A stretch of DNA of 64,000 nt. Source: Bacteroidales bacterium (lineage in GTDB: Bacteria > Bacteroidota > Bacteroidia > Bacteroidales > UBA3663). The translations under genes were made by a program, and so were the position numbers. The notes below the pieces were generated by a model. It had not been told where the DNA came from, ran no database searches, and was given only the letters and a program-made list of their open reading frames with translations. This document shows positions 38,273 to 47,641 of this stretch, in pieces. The stretch lies in contig JAZQQH010000065.1 in the NCBI GenBank assembly GCA_045628985.1, positions 181,514 to 245,513 of the forward strand. The letters run 5' to 3'. Within the stretch, counting starts at the first letter, position 1. Every line of letters begins with the position of its first letter.

Positions 38273-39748
38273 ATGCGATATTTACTTGGATATGACATTG
38301 GTACATCTTCAGTGAAGGCTTCACTCGTAGATGCAGAGACCGGACAGACAGTTGCAAGTGCACAGTACCCAGATGCTGAGGCTCCTATCACCTCTAAGCA
38401 GGCAGGTTGGGCTGAGCAGGAACCAGAGATGTGGTGGGACGAGCTCAAGCAGGCTACCAAGCGCGTAGCTGACAAGGCTCCAGGCGCTCTCTCAAGCGTT
38501 GCTGCTATCGGTATCTCTTATCAGATGCACGGTTTGGTTTGCGTCGATAAGGAGGGCAAGCCACTTCGTCCAGCTATCATCTGGTGCGACGGTCGTGCAG
38601 TACCTTACGGCCAGCGTGCATTCGAGACCCTCGGCGGCTCATTCTGTCTCTCTCACCTCCTCAACAGCCCTGGCAACTTCACTGCTGCTAAGCTCGCATG
38701 GGTTAAGGAGAACGAACCTGAGATCTTCGCTCAGATCGACAAGATCATGCTCCCTGGCGATTACATCGCTATGAAGCTCACCGACGCTTGCTCAACCACC
38801 ATCAGTGGTCTTTCTGAGGGTATGTTCTGGGACTTCAAGGAGAACTGCGTCTGCAAGGAGCTCATGAAGAACTTCGGCTTCGACGAGAAGGTCATCCCTA
38901 CCATCAACCCAACCTTCAGCGTACAGGGTCGCGTCAACGCTGCCGCTGCTGCTGAGCTCGGTCTCCCAGAGGGTGCTCCTGTAGCATATCGTGGTGGTGA
39001 CCAGCCAAACAACGCTCTCTCGCTCAACGTTATGAAGCCAGGTGAGATTGCTGCTACCGGTGGCACCTCAGGTGTTGTATATGGCGTCCTCGGTGAGGTG
39101 AACTATGACAAGCTCTCACGCGTCAATACTTTCGCTCACGTCAATCATGGCGAGCAGACCCGTCTCGGTGTTCTCCTCTGCATCAATGGTACCGGTATTC
39201 TCAACGCTTGGATGCGTCGCACCGTAGCTCCAGAGGGTATCAAGTATTCTGAGATGAATGACCTCGCAGAGAGCGTTCCAGTAGGTGCTGAGGGACTTAG
39301 CGTCATCCCATTCGGTAATGGTGCAGAGCGCGTCCTCCAGAACCAGAACCCTGGTGCTTCAGTTCATGGCATCAACTTCAACATCCACACCAAGGCTCAC
39401 ATGCTCCGCGCTGCTCAGGAAGGTATCGCCTTCTCATTCGCATACGGCATGGAGATCATGGCTGGCATGGGCATGGACATCAAGACCATCAAGGCTGGCC
39501 ACGCTAACCTCTTCCTTTCTCCTCTCTTCCGTCGTACCCTCGCTGCTGTCACTGGCGCAAGCATTGAGCTCTATGAGACCGACGGTTCTGTAGGTGCAGC
39601 TTACGGTGCTGGTATCGGTGCTGGCATCTATAAGGACTCTGACGATGCATTCAAGACCCTCAAGCATATCGCTACCGAGGCTCCTGTTGCTGAGACCGAG
39701 GCTTACAAGGCTGCTTACGAGCGCTGGAAGGCTTGCTTGGAGAAGTAA
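38273..39748 (+). CDS. xylB: Xylulokinase (FGGY family)
   Basis: GYDIGTSSVK, YQMHGLV, IIWCD, GDQPNNA, GGTSGV. Confidence 0.9.
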   Translation: MRYLLGYDIGTSSVKASLVDAETGQTVASAQYPDAEAPITSKQAGWAEQEPEMWWDELKQATKRVADKAPGALSSVAAIGISYQMHGLVCVDKEGKPLRPAIIWCDGRAVPYGQRAFETLGGSFCLSHLLNSPGNFTAAKLAWVKENEPEIFAQIDKIMLPGDYIAMKLTDACSTTISGLSEGMFWDFKENCVCKELMKNFGFDEKVIPTINPTFSVQGRVNAAAAAELGLPEGAPVAYRGGDQPNNALSLNVMKPGEIAATGGTSGVVYGVLGEVNYDKLSRVNTFAHVNHGEQTRLGVLLCINGTGILNAWMRRTVAPEGIKYSEMNDLAESVPVGAEGLSVIPFGNGAERVLQNQNPGASVHGINFNIHTKAHMLRAAQEGIAFSFAYGMEIMAGMGMDIKTIKAGHANLFLSPLFRRTLAAVTGASIELYETDGSVGAAYGAGIGAGIYKDSDDAFKTLKHIATEAPVAETEAYKAAYERWKACLEK

Positions 39749-39753
39749 TTTTT

Positions 39754-39938
39754 TAAGGGATCCTAAGGGATTTTAAGGGATTCTAAGAGAATCTAAGGGA
39801 CAATAGCTATACTTCGCGCTTATTCTTGGCGCATCTTGTGGTAACGTCCCTTAGTATCCCTTAAATTCCCTTAGTATCCCTTAGCTTCCCTTCCCCTAAA
39901 GTCCCTTAGTATCCTTTAGTATCCCTTAATATCCCTTA
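39754..39938. repeat. Roughly 10-bp TAAGGGA repeats facing inverted TCCCTTA repeats
   Basis: About 5 copies of taaggga (39754-39800) and about 8 of tccctta (39846-39938). Confidence 0.8.
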
Positions 39939-39944
39939 TTTACT

Positions 39945-40364
39945 ATGCACAGCGATCCATCACAGTGTCTCTATTGTCAGGACACCTGGGACAATCTCAT
40001 GATCAAGATTGCCGACCTCAAAGTTTCACGCGCTTTCCTCTTCAAGGAGCAGACCTATCGCGGCCGTTGCCTCGTGGCATATAATGGCCATGTCAATGAC
40101 CTCAACGAACTCTCTGTCGAAGAGCGCAACGCCTTCATGGACGACGTCTGCCGCGTCACCAAGGCTATGCAGCAGGCCTTCAATCCAGAGAAGATCAACT
40201 ACGGTGCTTACAGCGATAAACTCTCGCACCTCCACTTCCACCTCGCTCCAAAGTATGTAGATGGTCCAGATTATGGTGGCATCTTCACCATGAATCCTGG
40301 CAAGGTCTACCTCAGCGATGCAGAGTATGAGGAGTTGATCAATGCAGTAAAGAAATATCTGTAA
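39945..40364 (+). CDS. HIT family protein
   Basis: CLYC, KINYG, HLHFHL histidine triad. Confidence 0.92.
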   Translation: MHSDPSQCLYCQDTWDNLMIKIADLKVSRAFLFKEQTYRGRCLVAYNGHVNDLNELSVEERNAFMDDVCRVTKAMQQAFNPEKINYGAYSDKLSHLHFHLAPKYVDGPDYGGIFTMNPGKVYLSDAEYEELINAVKKYL

Positions 40365-40659
40365 TGATTCACAAAGAGAATCGGGCAATAGCTTTATTCC
40401 AATAAAACTGTCTGCCTGTCACGAGAGCAGTCACCACTGCTCTCGTTTCTTTTAAGACGTAGTCTTTTTCTATTCTATATCTACTCTATATAATATATAA
40501 ATATATAATATGTTCGCGCGCGCCGCAGTTACCCTTACAGAATACTCAAAGTAGGGACTTAACATCCACATTAAGGACAAGAAAAGACAGAATAAACACA
40601 TCTTCTGAAAAAAACTTTTCATTTATTTGGAGAATTTACAAAATGTGATTATCTTTGCA

Positions 40660-40966
40660 GCGTGCTCTTTAAGAGTACACTCGATTATACGATCAAAATC
40701 AGATAATCACTCTAACGCAAGTTAGATTTACATACTATAACAGCATTGACTATTATTTGAGTTCGCCTGAAAGCCTAGGAAACTATCAGTGAAATAAGAA
40801 CGAAAAAATAATGGTTGGTTCATTTCCTACCTGGAAGTGAGCCTTCGTCTCTTTGTACAGAGTCGATGCTTGTGTCATTCTGGCATGAGCATTTCTTAAA
40901 AGGGACGGAGGTTTCACATCCTAGGCTGCCTCGGCGAACTCATAAGGAAGGTTCATGCCTTTTTTA
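40660..40966 (+). promoter_or_regulatory. Structured 5' leader/ncRNA upstream of the SNF2-Type III R-M operon
   Basis: TATCTTTG at 40650-57; long-range pairs tgagttcgcc/ggcgaactca and agcctagga/tcctaggct; terminator-like end. Confidence 0.6.
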
Positions 40967-41063
40967 TGTCCGTTTGCGGAGGGTGTGTATCATGGAAACA
41001 CAAATAAGGTTGATGCAAAAACATCCGGTAAGGATTAGACTCCGGTAAGGAACAGCATCAGCC

Positions 41064-44000
41064 ATGGATCTACCTAAGCAATTTGATAACATAACACAGC
41101 GCGTCATCGACGACTTACGTGTCACCATACAACGTGGTGGCAAGTTGTCGGTGGCGGCTGCTTCGTTTTCTATCTATGCTTTCGAAGCCTTGCGCAAGGA
41201 GCTTTCACAGATTGAAGAACTGCGATTCATCTTTACTTCTCCTACCTTCAACAAAGAACATATCACCAAGCAGAAGCGCGAGTTCTATATCCCGAAGCTC
41301 AATCGTGAACGTACGCTCTATGGTTCGGAGTTTGAGATCAAGCTCCGCAATAAGCTCGACCAGAAAGCCATTGCACGAGAGTGTGCAGAATGGATCAGAC
41401 AGAAAGCTAAGTTCAAGACCAACATCTCGCAGATGAACATGCCAGGGTTCCTCAATGTCAAGACCGACGGGGAACTCTACACCTACATGCCATTCAATGA
41501 GTTTACCACTACAGAGCTCGGCTGTGAGCGAGGCAATAATATCTTCCAGCTGATACAACGTCTGCCATCACCTATCTCTGATGCTTATCTGCGTAACTTC
41601 AATGACTTCTGGCTGGACAAGACGCAGGTGGCCGATGTGACAGAAGCGGTCATCGAGAATATTGAGAACGTCTATCGAGAGAACTCTCCAGACTTCATCT
41701 ACTTTGTGACGCTCTATAATATCTTCCACGAGTTCCTGGAGGATATCAGCGAGGACGTGTTGCCCAACGAGGCCACAGGCTTCAAGAGTTCACAGATCTG
41801 GAGCAAGCTCTACAACTTCCAGAAAGATGCAGCACTGGCCATCATCAATAAGCTGGAGACCTACAACGGCTGTATCTTAGCTGATTCGGTAGGCTTAGGT
41901 AAGACCTTCACGGCGCTGAGTGTCATCAAGTATTATGAGAACCGAAACAAGTCGGTACTCGTGCTCTGTCCGAAGAAGCTCTACGACAACTGGAATACCT
42001 ACAAGAGCAACTACAAGAACAATCCGTTGGAGAAAGACCGTCTGCGCTACGACGTACTCTTCCATAGTGACCTGTCACGTGAACATGGTGTGTCAAATGG
42101 CATGGATCTCGACCGACTGAACTGGGGAAACTATGACCTCATTGTGATCGATGAGAGCCATAACTTCCGCAACGGTGGCAAGGTGACGACCGATGAGGAG
42201 GATGAGAATCCACGCGAGAACCGCTATCTGCGACTGATGAACAAGGTGATCCGTGCTGGTGTCAAGACCAAGGTGCTGATGCTGTCGGCCACTCCGGTCA
42301 ACAACCGCTTCAATGACCTGAAGAACCAGTTGCAGTTGGCATACGAAGGTGATCAGTCGCTGATCAATGACAAGCTGGAGATTGATCATCCGATAGAGGA
42401 TATCTTCAAGGTGGCACAGAAGCAATACAACACGTGGTCGAAGTTGCCAGAGCGTGAGCGCAAGACAGAGCGATTGCTTGATATGCTCTCGTTTGACTTC
42501 TTCCAGGTACTGGATGCAGTCACCATAGCACGATCGCGTAAACATATCGAGAAGTATTATGACACGACCGAGATCGGCAAGTTCCCTACGCGTCTGCGTC
42601 CAATCTCTAAGCGTCCGCATCTGACTGATCTGGCAGCGTCGAAGACCGTCACTTATAAGGAGATCTCCGAGCAGCTGAATCTGATGAATCTGGGTGTCTA
42701 TGCTCCGTCAGATTATATCTTGCCGTCGCGCAGAGACAAGTACGAGATCAATACCGACAGGAAGAAAGGCCAGATGGGTATGTCTGGCCGAGAGAAAGGA
42801 CTCAAGAAGCTCATGGCCATCAATCTGCTGAAACGTCTGGAGTCGTCGGTCAATTCTTTCCGACTGACTCTTGACCGTGTGAAGAAACAGATTGACACTA
42901 CGCTCCGTGAGATAGACAACTACCTGCTGACCCGTGAGGATGTCCGCATAGATGTGCAGTCAATGGACGGTATGTTCGATGGCGATGACAGCGAGTACGA
43001 CTTCCTGATAGGAGGCAAGAAGTCGCGTGTTGCTCTGTCAGACATGGATTGTGTAAGCTGGAAGCGTGACTTGGTAGCTGATCAGGAGATCTTCGGCCTC
43101 TTGCTTGAGATGCTCAAAGACATCACACCTGGACATGACAGCAAGTTGCAGATGCTCATCAGCAATCTGCGTGAGAAGTTTGACAACCCTATCAATCCGG
43201 GGAATAAGAAGGTGCTGATCTTTACGGCATTCTCCGATACTGCGGAATACTTGTATGATAACCTGTTGGCTGCAAGAAGTCGCGACTATAATATCGGCTT
43301 GGTGACAGGCGATGCCATACGCTCAACGGTGAGCCGTGTGGGTGCAGACTTCAATAGTATCCTGACGTTGTTCTCACCAATATCGAAAGAGAAGGCTCAG
43401 CTATTGCCTACAGTTAATGAGGAGATTGAGGTGCTGATAGCTACTGACTGTATTTCCGAAGGTCAGAACTTGCAGGATTGTGACTACCTGATCAACTACG
43501 ATATCCACTGGAATCCGGTACGTATCATACAGCGTTTCGGACGTGTGGATCGTATCGGTTCACGCAACGAGGTGATACAGCTGGTCAACTACTGGCCAGA
43601 CATGGAGCTCGATGACTATCTGCGACTGAAAGGCCGTGTAGAGTCACGTATGGCTGGTATGGACATCACGGGTGCTGGTGGCAGCAATGTGTTGCTCTCG
43701 AATGAAGAACAGGCGGATCTGGATTATCGCAAGTCACAGTTGCAACGACTACAGGAAGAGGTGGTAGATCTGGAGGATATGGATACGGGTATCAACATCA
43801 TGGATCTCGGTTTGAATGAGTTCCGTCTGGATCTGCTGGCGTATATGAAGGACAATCCGGACATAGAACACACACCTTATGGTATGAGTGCGGTGGTAGG
43901 AGCTTCGGACACAGCGCAACCTGGTGTGATCTTTATCCTGAAGAACCGTAATAAGGCGGTAGATATCAAGCACCAGAATCTGCTGCATCCATTCTACATG

Positions 44001-44318
44001 GTTTATCTGACTCATGAAGGTGAGACGATCATCAATCACCTCTCACCAAAGCGTCTGCTCGATGTGATGCGAACGGCTTGCAAAGGTCAGTCAGAGCCGA
44101 TACTCAGCCTATGCCGCCAATTCAATAAGGAGACGAAGGATGGCCGTGCCATGCAGCATTACAGCGAACTTCTACAAAAGGCGGTGGCTACCATTGTGGA
44201 TCAGAAAGAGATGTCTGATCTGGAAAGTCTCTTCTCGTTCGGTGAGACTACGGCACTGGTAGGGGATATCGCAGGATTGGATGACTTTGAACTGATCTGC
44301 TTCCTAGTTATTAAATGA
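41064..44318 (+). CDS. SNF2-family helicase associated with Type III R-M
   Basis: LADSVGLGKT, IDESHNFRN, LSATPVNN, SEGQNLQ, QRFGRVDRIG. Confidence 0.9.
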   Translation: MDLPKQFDNITQRVIDDLRVTIQRGGKLSVAAASFSIYAFEALRKELSQIEELRFIFTSPTFNKEHITKQKREFYIPKLNRERTLYGSEFEIKLRNKLDQKAIARECAEWIRQKAKFKTNISQMNMPGFLNVKTDGELYTYMPFNEFTTTELGCERGNNIFQLIQRLPSPISDAYLRNFNDFWLDKTQVADVTEAVIENIENVYRENSPDFIYFVTLYNIFHEFLEDISEDVLPNEATGFKSSQIWSKLYNFQKDAALAIINKLETYNGCILADSVGLGKTFTALSVIKYYENRNKSVLVLCPKKLYDNWNTYKSNYKNNPLEKDRLRYDVLFHSDLSREHGVSNGMDLDRLNWGNYDLIVIDESHNFRNGGKVTTDEEDENPRENRYLRLMNKVIRAGVKTKVLMLSATPVNNRFNDLKNQLQLAYEGDQSLINDKLEIDHPIEDIFKVAQKQYNTWSKLPERERKTERLLDMLSFDFFQVLDAVTIARSRKHIEKYYDTTEIGKFPTRLRPISKRPHLTDLAASKTVTYKEISEQLNLMNLGVYAPSDYILPSRRDKYEINTDRKKGQMGMSGREKGLKKLMAINLLKRLESSVNSFRLTLDRVKKQIDTTLREIDNYLLTREDVRIDVQSMDGMFDGDDSEYDFLIGGKKSRVALSDMDCVSWKRDLVADQEIFGLLLEMLKDITPGHDSKLQMLISNLREKFDNPINPGNKKVLIFTAFSDTAEYLYDNLLAARSRDYNIGLVTGDAIRSTVSRVGADFNSILTLFSPISKEKAQLLPTVNEEIEVLIATDCISEGQNLQDCDYLINYDIHWNPVRIIQRFGRVDRIGSRNEVIQLVNYWPDMELDDYLRLKGRVESRMAGMDITGAGGSNVLLSNEEQADLDYRKSQLQRLQEEVVDLEDMDTGINIMDLGLNEFRLDLLAYMKDNPDIEHTPYGMSAVVGASDTAQPGVIFILKNRNKAVDIKHQNLLHPFYMVYLTHEGETIINHLSPKRLLDVMRTACKGQSEPILSLCRQFNKETKDGRAMQHYSELLQKAVATIVDQKEMSDLESLFSFGETTALVGDIAGLDDFELICFLVIK

Positions 44319-44322
44319 TGCT

Positions 44323-45000
44323 ATGGAGAATCTGCTGAAATACCCACAGTCATGCATAGTGGACAGAGTCGTTCCGAAGACGATGTTCTATAAGTTCATG
44401 GAGGTGAATCCTCGCATGAAGTCGCACTTCGTGAACGATGTGGTGAGTATCACCTGGCTCTATAAGCTCTCTGCACAGACGCTCAATGTGACGGATAGTG
44501 AGACGATGAAGGAGATAGAGGTTTTTGTGGCACAACTGAAGCACGGGGATTGTCCTACGGATCTATTCTCGTTCATTGATGAGAACATGCCACAACACAT
44601 CGTCTTTATTCTGGAGTATGAAGGGAATGCTATGCTCCTGATTAACTACAAAGACTGGAAGGATGACACTCATACGAAGTTTAAGATCACACAGTCATTC
44701 TCTTCGCTATGGGTACCGCTGCAAGAACTCTCATTGTCGGTAGATGGTCAGTCGTTGCCACGTATCTATGAGAACTTCGTAGCACAGGTAGGTGACATCG
44801 GAGAACACAAAGCGGGTGCGATGGCAGAGATTGTGGCGCTACGTAAGCGTATTGCCGCTATGGAAGCAGAAGTCCGCAATCTGCAAGCGCGTGTACGCAA
44901 GGAACCGCAGTTCAACGTGCAAATGGAGATGAACAAGCAGGTGAAGGCGAAACGCAAGGAACTCGAGAAATTGAAACAGGAAATCAATACATTACTATAA
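44323..45000 (+). CDS. DUF4391 family protein
   Basis: VPKTMFY, ITWLYKL, EIEVF, KEPQFN..MEMN; usual position between SNF2 and mod. Confidence 0.85.
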   Translation: MENLLKYPQSCIVDRVVPKTMFYKFMEVNPRMKSHFVNDVVSITWLYKLSAQTLNVTDSETMKEIEVFVAQLKHGDCPTDLFSFIDENMPQHIVFILEYEGNAMLLINYKDWKDDTHTKFKITQSFSSLWVPLQELSLSVDGQSLPRIYENFVAQVGDIGEHKAGAMAEIVALRKRIAAMEAEVRNLQARVRKEPQFNVQMEMNKQVKAKRKELEKLKQEINTLL

Positions 45001-45005
45001 TATAT

Positions 45006-47009
45006 ATGGAACACCTCAATATGCAAACACCAGATGGAGCACAGCTTAATCTGGATGCTCTCTATAAGCTCTGTCCTTCTTGCTTTACCGAAGGCAAGGA
45101 TAAGGACGGAAATCTCACTCATAAGATTAACTGGAACAAGCTACGTGAACTCCTTGGCGATTATGCTGAGGAGAATGCTCCTGAGAGCTATGACTTCACA
45201 TGGGTAGGCAAACGTGCTGCTCAGCGTGAGGCTGCTGCGCCTATCAATAAGACGTTACGTCCATGTCCGGAGGAATCTGTGGATTGGGAGAATACACAGA
45301 ACTTGTATATTGAGGGAGATAATCTGGAGGTGTTTAAACTGCTCCAGAACTCGTATATGGGTAAGGTCAAGATGATTTATATTGATCCACCGTATAATAC
45401 GGGTAATGACTTCGTGTATCATGATGACTTTGCAGTTTCTGCCGAGGAATTTGAGGCGGCTTCTGGTAATCATAACGATGAAGGTGAGAAATATCGTAAA
45501 AATACAGATTCGAATGGTAGATTTCATTCGGATTGGTGCAGTATGATGTATTCTAGATTGATGGTGGCAAGAACATTATTACGTGAAGATGGTGTTATCT
45601 TTATTTCTATCGACGATAATGAGGTTAAAAATACAAAAAACATATGTGATGAAATATTTGGTGAATCAAATTTCCTAAATCAGTTTGTATGGTTAAATAA
45701 ACCTGAAGGAAGACAGATTTCAGGATTTGGAGCTGCTGGAACTCATGAATATATATTATTATATTCTAAAAACTCACTACATCAAACTGTATTTTCTGTA
45801 AGTGCAGAATGGCTAAAAGAGTATATGCCTTCATCTTACAATGGACAGTTTACAAATGTAAAATATGATAAAAAAGGCGCTTATATCATAACTCATGAAT
45901 TGCATAATGGTAATTCAAAATTTAATGAAGAAACACGTCCAACTCTTGTGTTTGATATTTATTACAGAGAAACGGATGGAGATCTAATTATTGAACCCGT
46001 TTCAGAAAATCATATCCACATTGGATATTCGAAAATATCACCACATGTTAATTCTGATGGGCTCCATAAATATCATGCATATAGATGGAGTAAAGAAAAA
46101 ATAATGAACGAAAAAGATGATTTGGAATTTGTTAGGTCAGGAGGGAAACTTAAAGTCTATTCTAAACGCAGAAATTTTGATTTAACAAATGTCAAGGATA
46201 TAATTACAGATATTTTCACAACAAATGGTAATAAGGATTTAAAGACATTGGAAATAAAAGGATTTGACTATCCAAAATCTGTTGCACTACTAAGTGTTTT
46301 GATAAAAATGTCATCATCTGAATTATTGGAAAACGACGAAACCAAAGAAATAGATGAAAGTATTGTTTTAGATTTTTTCTCAGGTTCTGCGACAACAGGC
46401 CATGCTGTAATGAAACTTAATTCAGAGGATGGAGGTAAAAGAAAATTCATTATGGTGCAACTTGCAGAAAAAACAATTAGAGAAACAGAGGCTTATAAGT
46501 CAGGCTATAAGAACATCTGCGAAATCGGCAAAGAGCGCATTCGTCGTGCAGGAGCCAAGATCAAAGCAGAGAATCCGAATGTAGATACCGGCTTCCGTGT
46601 CTTCAAGTGTGACTCTTCGAACATGAAGGAAGTCTATTTCCATCCGAATGACTATTCTCAGGATCTCTTGGCAGGATTGGAAGACAACATCAAGGAAGAC
46701 AGAACGGATCTGGATCTGCTCTTTGACTGCATGCTCCGATGGGGTGTGGAGCTGAGCCTGCCATTGAGTCAGAAGAAGGTAGGAGGTTGCACCATCCATA
46801 ACGTCAACGATGGTGACTTGGTAGCGTGCTTCGATGGTAAGATCACAGAGGCGGTGATTGATGAGATTGCAACGATGAATCCTCTGCGTGTGGTATTCCG
46901 TGACAGCAGTTTTGAGGAAGCTTCAGAAAAAATGAACCTGTTCGAACTCTTCAAGCAGAAATGCCAGTGGAGCGAACAGGAGGTAAAGAATAATGTAAGG
47001 GTGATCTGA
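45006..47009 (+). CDS. mod: Type III R-M methyltransferase (Mod)
   Basis: YIEGDNL, IYIDPPYNTG (motif IV), FDYPKS, VLDFFSGSATTGHA (motif I). Confidence 0.95.
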   Translation: MEHLNMQTPDGAQLNLDALYKLCPSCFTEGKDKDGNLTHKINWNKLRELLGDYAEENAPESYDFTWVGKRAAQREAAAPINKTLRPCPEESVDWENTQNLYIEGDNLEVFKLLQNSYMGKVKMIYIDPPYNTGNDFVYHDDFAVSAEEFEAASGNHNDEGEKYRKNTDSNGRFHSDWCSMMYSRLMVARTLLREDGVIFISIDDNEVKNTKNICDEIFGESNFLNQFVWLNKPEGRQISGFGAAGTHEYILLYSKNSLHQTVFSVSAEWLKEYMPSSYNGQFTNVKYDKKGAYIITHELHNGNSKFNEETRPTLVFDIYYRETDGDLIIEPVSENHIHIGYSKISPHVNSDGLHKYHAYRWSKEKIMNEKDDLEFVRSGGKLKVYSKRRNFDLTNVKDIITDIFTTNGNKDLKTLEIKGFDYPKSVALLSVLIKMSSSELLENDETKEIDESIVLDFFSGSATTGHAVMKLNSEDGGKRKFIMVQLAEKTIRETEAYKSGYKNICEIGKERIRRAGAKIKAENPNVDTGFRVFKCDSSNMKEVYFHPNDYSQDLLAGLEDNIKEDRTDLDLLFDCMLRWGVELSLPLSQKKVGGCTIHNVNDGDLVACFDGKITEAVIDEIATMNPLRVVFRDSSFEEASEKMNLFELFKQKCQWSEQEVKNNVRVI

Positions 47010-47023
47010 TCTGTCAGAACGAT

Positions 47024-47293
47024 TTATGCGGCAGGATCATAGCAGACAGAGTCTTCTGCTTCTGTCAGGTCACATAAACCAGCTTCGTGGAACATTCCCT
47101 CAAAAGAGAGGTCTTCATCAAGCTGTGGCCAGTGAATGCCAGAATAGGTGAGATAGAAATCCTGTCGCTGTTCAGGTGTTCCTGCAGCAAGCAAAGGCCA
47201 TCTGCTGATCAGATAGCTGGCCACCGCTCCATCGCGGGTCTGAGCATAAACACGTTCTGTGTCAACCCATACTTTATCTATATATCTGCACAT
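47024..47293 (-). CDS. DUF2442 family protein (putative antitoxin)
   Basis: WPLLAAGTPEQR..GIHWPQLDEDLSFEG. Confidence 0.88.
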   Translation of the reverse strand: MCRYIDKVWVDTERVYAQTRDGAVASYLISRWPLLAAGTPEQRQDFYLTYSGIHWPQLDEDLSFEGMFHEAGLCDLTEAEDSVCYDPAA

Positions 47294-47299
47294 AGTCGG

Positions 47300-47542
47300 T
47301 TATTTTTTATCTTTGAAGTATTCCTTCCAACGGGCAGTAATAACTTCAACATTCTCTTCGATGACGCCTTCTATCATGGAGATTTCATGTTTCTTGAACC
47401 CATGATTATATACTTGAGTCACTTCAGGCTCGACATTATACTTTGCTTCATGACCATCTTTTTCAATGTGTACATGAATAGGCTCGTGATCATCAGAGTA
47501 AAACTTGAAGATAAAGCCAAAAAGAATGAAGATGGTAGGCAT
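47300..47542 (-). CDS. DUF4160 family protein (putative toxin)
   Basis: MPTIFILFGFIFKFYSDDHEPIHVHIEK..EAK. Confidence 0.88.
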   Translation of the reverse strand: MPTIFILFGFIFKFYSDDHEPIHVHIEKDGHEAKYNVEPEVTQVYNHGFKKHEISMIEGVIEENVEVITARWKEYFKDKK

Positions 47543-47641
47543 ATTTGTAACGTATTAAATTTATGCGGCAAAGATAGAGTGTTTTTGCAAGAAATGCAAA
47601 TTTCTGCGATAAAATAAAGAAAAAATAGGTAAATACACGAT

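Noticed and set aside
40815-41048. 77-aa ORF in the R-M leader
   Set aside because: TTG start, overlaps strong RNA helices, no recognisable motif; a leader peptide cannot be fully excluded
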